Shown piece after piece: positions 57,550-64,000 of a DNA stretch of 64,000 nt; within the stretch, counting starts at the first letter, position 1, and each line of letters begins with the position of its first letter. The notes under the pieces were generated by a model. It searched no databases and was not told the origin of the DNA. It was given only the letters and a program-made list of their open reading frames with translations. The position numbers and the translations under genes were made by a program. Location of the stretch: positions 1 to 64,000 of IMG/VR virus record IMGVR_UViG_3300025910_000007, one strand, 5' to 3'. The stretch comes from a virus.

Positions 57550-57759
57550 TCACTGTGGACAATTCACGTCGATGGCCACGATGCGGTTGCGCTCGCTGTA
57601 GCGGCCGACGAAAACGGTGCGGGCCTTTTCGATCATGGTCTGGTCGGTATCGTCGGCCGTCTGCTGGACGAAGACGTAGCGGTTGCGGAACTGGCCATTG
57701 ATCTCAACAGCGACCCGCACGCGGCGGCATACGCCTAGGATGGTAGATTGGTGGTTCAT
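57550..57759 (-). CDS. hypothetical protein
   Basis: CAGGAG RBS. Confidence 0.5.
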   Translation of the reverse strand: MNHQSTILGVCRRVRVAVEINGQFRNRYVFVQQTADDTDQTMIEKARTVFVGRYSERNRIVAIDVNCPQ

Positions 57760-58184
57760 GGGTTGCTCCTGAACAAAGTGTCGGTGCTGCCGCCGCAGTA
57801 CGACTCCGGATCGCTCCGTTTCAAATAGCGACGGTAGCGAACTGCCGGCAGATGCAGGAACGTCAGCACGTGTTCGATCAAATCTCGTTTGAACAGTGCC
57901 ACTTCGCGGGACTGTGGATAGCCGGATACCCACGTCGCCCGCCACGGCAGCCGTTTCTTCAGGGCGTCGATGACTGCTGACGGGACGTAGCGCAGGAACG
58001 CCACTTTGCCCAGCCGCGGTATCGCGAAGAAGTCCTCTTCGTACATCAGCCCGGCCTCTTCGGCATGGTCACATGCCACCAGCCAATCGCCAGGTGCGTA
58101 ATCCTTCGCCTTGGGGTTGGCTTTCCTCTTGGCTTCGCTCGCGGCCCGCAACGCTGCCTTGACTTCAGGGGTCATCTTGCTCAT
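57756..58184 (-). CDS. hypothetical protein
   Basis: start MSKMTPE after GAGG. Confidence 0.5.
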   Translation of the reverse strand: MSKMTPEVKAALRAASEAKRKANPKAKDYAPGDWLVACDHAEEAGLMYEEDFFAIPRLGKVAFLRYVPSAVIDALKKRLPWRATWVSGYPQSREVALFKRDLIEHVLTFLHLPAVRYRRYLKRSDPESYCGGSTDTLFRSNP

Positions 58185-58194
58185 CGTCGTTCCC

Positions 58195-58599
58195 TCAATC
58201 AGACACGCGGTGCCAGACGCCATGCATTTTAACGCGGGTGATGCCTTCCACAGCGACGGAGCGGTAGCCATGCTTGGCCATGTCGAAGATCGTCAGCAGT
58301 CCCTTGTCGGTGGGATCGTAGGCCATACCCCGCCCGTTGACATAGGCATGGACACCGATGCGGCCGTTGTACAGCCGCAGTTCGCCAGTGGAACGCTTGA
58401 TTGCTTCGACTGCGAACACTTTCCCGCCCGAACTCAGAATGAATTCCACGGCCTGCTGACGACTGACCGTAGGGCCGCAAACCGCCTGGTGGGCAGCCAG
58501 GTCGGTTGCGTTGAACAGGCCCCCACAGTGGGGGCAGGGATTGCTGAAGAGGTCCATCGGAATCGTCTCCGTTTCATGGACGTTAGCGGGCCACGTCAA
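58195..58599 (-). CDS. SH3/WYL-like beta-barrel phage protein
   Basis: GKVFAV..IKRSTGELR...G...GV...YDP....L..IFDM....YRS. Confidence 0.55.
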   Translation of the reverse strand: MTWPANVHETETIPMDLFSNPCPHCGGLFNATDLAAHQAVCGPTVSRQQAVEFILSSGGKVFAVEAIKRSTGELRLYNGRIGVHAYVNGRGMAYDPTDKGLLTIFDMAKHGYRSVAVEGITRVKMHGVWHRVSD

Positions 58600-58807
58600 A
58601 CATTTCGTCGTCGAATGCTGTCATGCACCAGCGGCCTGACCAGATGATGCGTGCCGGGCATATTTTGCCGCCCACTTCCAGCCCAGGATGTTCCGAGATG
58701 GCGGTGATGGGGTGGGAGCCTCCCAGTGCGAAAATTACGTCGTCGATCTTGAGCGATTTGCCGCAGCGGCGGATCGGCGGTTGCGGTTTGTTGTAAGGGC
58801 TCATCAT
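58583..58807 (-). CDS. hypothetical protein
   Basis: ACAGGAG RBS. Confidence 0.5.
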   Translation of the reverse strand: MMSPYNKPQPPIRRCGKSLKIDDVIFALGGSHPITAISEHPGLEVGGKICPARIIWSGRWCMTAFDDEMFDVAR

Positions 58808-58856
58808 CGTTCTCCTGTGTAACGGAGGAAAGGGAAGCAATCGAGTCGGTTTGAAT

Positions 58857-59042
58857 TCAGCGCGGTCGCGGAAGGCATTCAAATCGCTGGTCACCTTCTT
58901 TCCACGGACGGCTTTCCTTGACGAACTGAATGTTCACAATGCGCCGCAGATTGTTCTTCGCATGCGCCGCGGTATCCCCCCAAGACACGTAGGTACGTTC
59001 AGCACCATCTGGCATCTCAACCGTGATTGTCCATCGTCGCAT
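58857..59042 (-). CDS. hypothetical protein
   Basis: first gene after the promoter; ACAGGAG RBS. Confidence 0.5.
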   Translation of the reverse strand: MRRWTITVEMPDGAERTYVSWGDTAAHAKNNLRRIVNIQFVKESRPWKEGDQRFECLPRPR

Positions 59043-59085
59043 TGCGTTCTCCTGTTTTCGTTTCCTTCGGTGCTCCCAACGTTCT

Positions 59086-59115
59086 TAATCTTACCGTCAG
59101 GTAAGAATAAAGCAA
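59086..59115 (-). promoter_or_regulatory. promoter/operator copy 3
   Basis: minus TTGCTT-16 nt-TAAGAT; perfect palindrome TCTTACC-N4-GGTAAGA. Confidence 0.7.
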
Positions 59116-59144
59116 GCCCAAACGGTAAGAATTTCTGAAATAAT

Positions 59145-59381
59145 TTACCCCTTGTCTGGTAAGGACTTACGCGGTGGATGATACCCTAGCGGCCGTCCCC
59201 GTTGGCGCGGGATCGCTGCAAAATGCTCAACGTCCAAGGCGGTAAAGAAGAGCATCGAACGATGGCCGATCTCCAGGCGTTCTATGGCCCGCAGTCTCCC
59301 CGCACTAACGAACTGCCGTACCCGCTGCTTCGACACCCCCAGCATCTGCGATACCTCGCGCGTCGTCAGCAACTGGTTCAT
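59145..59381 (-). CDS. HTH_17/MerR-like DNA-binding protein
   Basis: LLTTREVSQMLGVSKQRVRQFVSAGRL...RGRP. Confidence 0.75.
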   Translation of the reverse strand: MNQLLTTREVSQMLGVSKQRVRQFVSAGRLRAIERLEIGHRSMLFFTALDVEHFAAIPRQRGRPLGYHPPRKSLPDKG

Positions 59382-59523
59382 GACTGACCCCTGAATTAAA
59401 TCTAACCGGACGCATAGATTATACCCGATCAGCAAGAAGGGGTAAAGGAAACCTAGCGTCGCTCCCGCAACAACGTTAGAATAAGGTTCCAGCAAACCAA
59501 CTCAGGGGAGGTCCGCACGACCA

Positions 59524-60345
59524 ATGGCCGCCAAGTCGAAGACATCCAAGGCTAAAGGGAAACGCCCGGGAAGAAAGTCAGCCAAGGCAGCCCGTCCCAG
59601 GGTACGCCCTGAGATACCTGTTACGCTGAACGAACAGGTGTCCCCGGTATCGGTCCCAACGCCGGAAGAGATTGACAATCTGTCCGATGGGGAATTATCC
59701 CCAAGACAGAACGCTTTTATCCTTCATTACCTCAATGGCGTGCCCGCTACAGAAGCGTATCAGTTAGCAGGGTTCATCACGAAGTCCTACTCAGCTGCTG
59801 CTGCTGGTGCATGCTACCTTTTAAAGTGCCCTAAGATCTATAGAGCGATCAGGGCATGGTTCGTGCAAAGGACTGAACGAGTAGAGATAGACAAGGACTA
59901 TTTGATCGCAAAACTGGTGGAAAATCTGGAGCGATCAATGCGTGCCCGCCCGGTGTTTGACGCATTGGGGCACCCTACGGGTGAGTACCAGTACGAGGGC
60001 AATGTAGCCAATCAATCGGCCAAGTTGATCGCGCAGATGCTGGGGATGATTCAACTCAACGTCAATCATCGCGGCAAGGTCGACGTAGATCATAGCGGTC
60101 AGGTCGGCCACGCCCACCTGCACGCCCACGTAGAAATGAACGGCAAGAAGGTGCTGTTGAAGGATCTGACCCCGGAAGAACGGCTGACGTTCTGGAACCT
60201 GGCCAAGCGCCTGCAAGCAGAAAAGAACGGGGATACTGAACCGATTACCGTTCCTGCTCTACCAGCACCGGAAATCGCCCCATCTTCTTCAACGCAGCAG
60301 GAGTCCCCTCATGCCGCGTCGCAAACGTCTGAAACCTCTTCCTGA
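59524..60345 (+). CDS. terS: terminase small subunit
   Basis: LSPRQNAFILHYL...ATEAYQLAG...YLLK.PKI...A..SAKLIAQMLGM. Confidence 0.8.
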   Translation: MAAKSKTSKAKGKRPGRKSAKAARPRVRPEIPVTLNEQVSPVSVPTPEEIDNLSDGELSPRQNAFILHYLNGVPATEAYQLAGFITKSYSAAAAGACYLLKCPKIYRAIRAWFVQRTERVEIDKDYLIAKLVENLERSMRARPVFDALGHPTGEYQYEGNVANQSAKLIAQMLGMIQLNVNHRGKVDVDHSGQVGHAHLHAHVEMNGKKVLLKDLTPEERLTFWNLAKRLQAEKNGDTEPITVPALPAPEIAPSSSTQQESPHAASQTSETSS

Positions 60346-60556
60346 ACACCCCCTCATTCCCGCCGTCCGTTTAGCCATTGATGCCCTGTTACGCAAACGC
60401 GGTTTCTGCCTGTTACGTCGGCCCAAACAGGGAGAACCGATCTGGCAGCGGGCAGGGATACTTTACCGCCAAAGTGCAGCCGTTCTGACGTTGGACCCGC
60501 ACGACGTCGAGGATGCGGCCTATCTGGAAACGTTGCGGGCGGAGGGTTATGAATGA
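60311..60556 (+). CDS. hypothetical protein
   Basis: operon tiling; GGAG RBS. Confidence 0.45.
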   Translation: MPRRKRLKPLPEHPLIPAVRLAIDALLRKRGFCLLRRPKQGEPIWQRAGILYRQSAAVLTLDPHDVEDAAYLETLRAEGYE

Positions 60557-61047
60557 ACGCCATCAAAAGTCAGCTGCATCTACGCTGGATGATCCGCCGG
60601 GATATGCCGGAAGTGCTTCAAATCGAACAGGCATCTGAGACGGCCCCGTGGACGGAAGAGACATTTCTGCATACCTTACGCGGCCGCAACTGTATCAGCT
60701 TCGTCACCGAGATGAATGGCAAGGTCGTCGCATTCATGGTCTATGAGTTGAGCGAGCACCACCTCGAAATCCTGCGTGGCATAGCGGTACATCCATCCCA
60801 GCGCCGGCAGGGCATCGGTGCTGTGATGATTGCGAAACTGGCCAGCAAGCTCTCCGCTCATCGACGGACGCGCATCATCACCACGGTACACGAGACGGAT
60901 TTGCCGCGGCAGATGTTCTATCGTTCGCAGGGCTTCAAGGCGGTTCGGCTGCTGCGTGGGTACTTTGGCGAAGCGGATGGCTACGTGCTGGAGCGGTGTG
61001 ATTACCCGGACGAATATTGGCGTGGGGTAGCGGAGGTGCTGGAATGA
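60553..61047 (+). CDS. GNAT acetyltransferase (RimI-like)
   Basis: HLRWMIRRDMPEVLQIE, AVHPSQRRQGIG, FYRSQGF, RGYF. Confidence 0.85.
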   Translation: MNAIKSQLHLRWMIRRDMPEVLQIEQASETAPWTEETFLHTLRGRNCISFVTEMNGKVVAFMVYELSEHHLEILRGIAVHPSQRRQGIGAVMIAKLASKLSAHRRTRIITTVHETDLPRQMFYRSQGFKAVRLLRGYFGEADGYVLERCDYPDEYWRGVAEVLE

Positions 61048-61262
61048 ATGACGTGGCAATGTCAGTAACCAGTGGCATCGATCTGGAAGAGGCTGGTGCG
61101 AACGTCAGCAAGATCGTGGCCGACAAGGTTAATGCCATGTGTGGTGAGTTGACGAAGAAGATGGGCGTGGGCTGGATTATGGACGCCATGACGCAGGTGC
61201 CGCTGAATGTACTGGGGGCGTCGGTATTGCTCATCACTATCGTCGGCAGGAAGGTGAATTGA
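61044..61262 (+). CDS. hypothetical protein
   Basis: ATG overlaps the upstream stop. Confidence 0.4.
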   Translation: MNDVAMSVTSGIDLEEAGANVSKIVADKVNAMCGELTKKMGVGWIMDAMTQVPLNVLGASVLLITIVGRKVN

Positions 61263-61540
61263 TGAACGACAAGGTCTACATCGTACAGGGCGAAACGGGC
61301 GAATACGATGATGCACAGAACTGGTACGTCGCTGTTTATTTGGACAAGAAAGCCGCCGATCATGCCTGTCGGGAATTGAATGATTGGTGCGTCCGCAATA
61401 GGGTGGGCGATGACTGTCATGAGCGGGATTCACTGTCATACGCCGAGCGGCAGAAGCTGCAATGCCCGTTCGATCCCAACTGGCGGGCCAGTGCCTACGG
61501 GATGAGCTATGCGGTGGTCGAAGTACCGTTGCGGGGGTAG
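61259..61540 (+). CDS. hypothetical phage protein
   Basis: VYIVQGETGEYDD...W.VAVY. Confidence 0.55.
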   Translation: MMNDKVYIVQGETGEYDDAQNWYVAVYLDKKAADHACRELNDWCVRNRVGDDCHERDSLSYAERQKLQCPFDPNWRASAYGMSYAVVEVPLRG

Positions 61541-61554
61541 GCGGGCGGACGATA

Positions 61555-61708
61555 TTTAGTTTGTTTAATGGTTGTTTACCATTAAACAAACTAAAGGATA
61601 GGATTCATTAGTTAGTTTAATGTAGCGGCAACATTAAACTAACTAAATCTGCCCTTGTCATTAAACAAACTAAAGGATAGGATTCATTAGTTAGTTTAAT
61701 GTAGCGGC
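61555..61708. repeat. AT-rich array of six alternating CATTAAAC(A/T)AACTAA motifs (parS/operator-like)
   Basis: perfect 18-bp IR 61555-72/61578-95; 16-bp IR 61608-23/61631-46; 50-bp direct repeat 61580-61629/61659-61708. Confidence 0.8.
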
Positions 61709-61765
61709 TGCGTCGGATTGGCTTCTGGCGGCGGCCGACGGTACTCCTACAATGAAAGGATCGCA

Positions 61766-62599
61766 ATGGGCAGCACTACGCAGAAGAAGAACAAGCCCGC
61801 ACCGTTTCGCATTGATTTGGAAGACGTCATCGAAGATGAATACTTGCAGCAGCGGGCCAAGCTGTCGGAGGTTACGATTGCGGAATACACCGAGATGCTC
61901 CAGGCCGACAAGGAATTCGACTTCCCGCCGGTTACGGTGTACTGTGATCCGTCTGACGCCACATGGTTGGTCAATGGGTTTCATCGCCTGCACGCCTACC
62001 GAAATGCGGAGCGTCGCAACATGCCAGTAAAGATCATCAAGGGGACGAAGCGTGAGGCATGGCTGTATTCTTTGTCAGCCAATGCCAAGAACGGGCTACG
62101 TCGTACCAACGCGGACAAGCACAAGGCCGTCTACTCAGCTTTGGAAGATGAGGAGTTGTGGGGCTGGACGGATACGCGCATCGCCGAATTGTGCGGGGTC
62201 AGCTCGTCTTTCGTTGGGGAAGTCCGCCTGAAGGTGGCCGAAGATCATGGACGGAAGTCCCCGACTGAGCGGGAAGGCAAGGGCAAAGGTGGCGGCACGC
62301 AGAAGGTCAAGGTCGGCAATCAGGGCAGGCCGAAGGCTGCCACTTCAGCAGGATCGGTGCCAGAGCAGAACAATGGGGAATCCTCACAGATAGTAGTCAA
62401 GCTGAATTCAAGCCATTTGCAATTGATCGACAAAATGTCTGAAGGCTTTACATCGTTGAGCGCCTACATCATTACCAACGACGCCGCTCGTCAGCGGTTG
62501 GCAGTTTTGCGGAAGCTCTTCGATCGATTGGTCAAACCATTCGACAAGGCAAAGCCGGCCACTGGAACTACAGGAAAGGATGAGGAGGAATCTGAATGA
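61766..62599 (+). CDS. ParB/Srx N-terminal domain protein with HTH
   Basis: FPPVTV...LVNGFHRLHA...ANAKNGLRRTNADK...IAELCGVSSSFV. Confidence 0.8.
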   Translation: MGSTTQKKNKPAPFRIDLEDVIEDEYLQQRAKLSEVTIAEYTEMLQADKEFDFPPVTVYCDPSDATWLVNGFHRLHAYRNAERRNMPVKIIKGTKREAWLYSLSANAKNGLRRTNADKHKAVYSALEDEELWGWTDTRIAELCGVSSSFVGEVRLKVAEDHGRKSPTEREGKGKGGGTQKVKVGNQGRPKAATSAGSVPEQNNGESSQIVVKLNSSHLQLIDKMSEGFTSLSAYIITNDAARQRLAVLRKLFDRLVKPFDKAKPATGTTGKDEEESE

Positions 62600-62799
62600 C
62601 CACAGAACCCAACATTACCGAAGTACAAATCGCCCACGTCCAGCCGGGCGACGTCATCGTCTACCGCAGCCCTACCGCAATGTCCCCTGAAGATGTCACA
62701 GCCGTCGGGGATCGACTGGCCGAAATCTTCCCGGGTCACCAGATTGCGATACTGGATGAGGGCGGCGAACTGCAAGTCCTGCGGCCGGAGAAGGAGTAG
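62596..62799 (+). CDS. hypothetical protein
   Basis: operon tiling. Confidence 0.5.
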   Translation: MTTEPNITEVQIAHVQPGDVIVYRSPTAMSPEDVTAVGDRLAEIFPGHQIAILDEGGELQVLRPEKE

Positions 62800-62802
62800 C
62801 CG

Positions 62803-63348
62803 ATGGGTACGTTCACGATTGAATGCCCGACACCGATTCAGGCACAATGCGGCATCAAGGCTCGTGATCTATCGCCGGGCTGGGACGGTTATGTCATGCC
62901 GTACCGTGACCGGCAGGAACAGGTAGTGGTTGGTACGCCGTCCGATGATGATACCGCATGGCTGGAAGAACTGGTGAAGGTTGAAAAACTCGTTGCGGAA
63001 GCGTTGCTTTGCGCAGGAAACATGTGCGATCATGAAACGTCACCGTTGTACGGCAAGCTGCGTCTAGCTACTACGCTATTGGGCATGCTCTGTGGTGTAT
63101 GGGCAAAGAACAAGGTGGCCCATCGCAATAACTCAGTTGCGGTGAAGGCCCCTATCGAAGGAAGCCCCAAAGTAGGTTCACGCTGGTGGGATTGCAACAG
63201 TGCTGTCGTGGTCGTGCGGAGCGTTGAAGAACACTACGGCGCTACCTATGTCAATTACACCTGGCGCGATGGCCGGGTCGGTTACACCATACTGGATCAT
63301 TGGCATGAGGCCAACGGCAAGCCCAACTTCATCCCCGTCGAATGGTAA
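62803..63348 (+). CDS. hypothetical protein
   Basis: GGAG RBS. Confidence 0.5.
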   Translation: MGTFTIECPTPIQAQCGIKARDLSPGWDGYVMPYRDRQEQVVVGTPSDDDTAWLEELVKVEKLVAEALLCAGNMCDHETSPLYGKLRLATTLLGMLCGVWAKNKVAHRNNSVAVKAPIEGSPKVGSRWWDCNSAVVVVRSVEEHYGATYVNYTWRDGRVGYTILDHWHEANGKPNFIPVEW

Positions 63349-63447
63349 GGTTCTGTCGCTACTGTCTGGGCTGGTTCTTCGTACTGGCAGCGGTATTCAT
63401 GATCTCCCTCGCAATTCTGCGGGCCATCTATCTCTTCAGGCACTAAC

Positions 63448-63723
63448 ATGGGCCGACCTGCCAAGCCAAAACATCCCGGTTGCGTTTGTTGTGGCGCCCG
63501 CAAACGGACGAAGCAGCATTGTCGTAAATGCGCCAAGGCGTTCTCACTCAAGGTCGCATCACGGCAGCAAGTGATGATTGCAGAAGGCCGTTGCCCAACG
63601 TGCGGCGAACTGAAGACAGGGGCCAACAAACGATACTGCATTGACTGCGCCTGCAAGGTGAAGATAGCGGTCAAGGCATGGAAGGAAAGGCAGAAGGTGG
63701 GGACATGCTCGAATTCACCGTAG
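63448..63723 (+). CDS. hypothetical Zn-finger protein
   Basis: four CxxC pairs. Confidence 0.45.
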   Translation: MGRPAKPKHPGCVCCGARKRTKQHCRKCAKAFSLKVASRQQVMIAEGRCPTCGELKTGANKRYCIDCACKVKIAVKAWKERQKVGTCSNSP

Positions 63724-63956
63724 CCGTTCGTGGGAGTGATGGAGCCGTATTTCATCAGGACAGGACTAGAATTTCGCAATTGGTTCGTTTGGCTTATGAA
63801 TCAGCCGACAAATGGCGGTACATCATTCGGCAAGTGACCGAACACCGTCGTTCCTGTCGGATACGGCTCATTGTGGGGTATACCGGCTGTCGATACGCTC
63901 CGGTATGGAAGTATGAGGAAATGACCATCCGTGTTCGCGATGAGGAAATACCATGA
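63678..63956 (+). CDS. hypothetical protein
   Basis: operon tiling. Confidence 0.4.
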   Translation: MEGKAEGGDMLEFTVAVRGSDGAVFHQDRTRISQLVRLAYESADKWRYIIRQVTEHRRSCRIRLIVGYTGCRYAPVWKYEEMTIRVRDEEIP

Positions 63957-64000
63957 CACCAGAAGAACGGGCAGCAGCAATTGTGATCGGCATAAGCGTC

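Noticed and set aside
1-64000. Integrated prophage boundaries or integrase
   Set aside because: No recombinase, att-like junction or host housekeeping block was recognised; the whole window looks phage-derived.

Overview
Part of a dsDNA tailed-phage genome. The host is probably a Planctomycete (Gemmataceae-like), inferred from two TIGR02996-type domains and a Planctomycete-style RimI. No integrase, capsid or large terminase lies in the window. Layout: 1-6.5 kb is the end of the virion module (+ strand; Cys-rich tail protein, KTSC). 6.7-59.4 kb is a long minus-strand early/replication block: split SbcCD, Holliday resolvase, RecA, SSB, clamp and clamp loader, split UDG-exonuclease/PolA polymerase, ThyA, DnaB, primase, RNase H, SNF2 helicases, a sigma factor and a 7-deazaguanine cluster (queD-csrA-queE-queC-folE plus two DpdA/TGT-like genes). 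From 59.5 kb the + strand carries terS, a GNAT and a ParB-like gene. Most notable signals: (1) Seven tandem ~60-aa paralogous mini-genes follow a DpdA-like gene and seem to encode the barrel segment it lacks; six carry G7-G9 or T7 homopolymer tracts and five are disrupted at the tract, suggesting a phase-variable split DNA-modification enzyme. (2) A ~390-nt ncRNA with two circularly permuted tRNA-like domains directly follows a conserved DUF7873-like gene. (3) A TIGR-Tas locus has a nuclease-less TasA between two 36-nt dual-repeat arrays (about 18 units). (4) A packed array of aberrant tRNA-like modules lies between ssb and recA. All family assignments come from motif recognition by eye; no database search was run.
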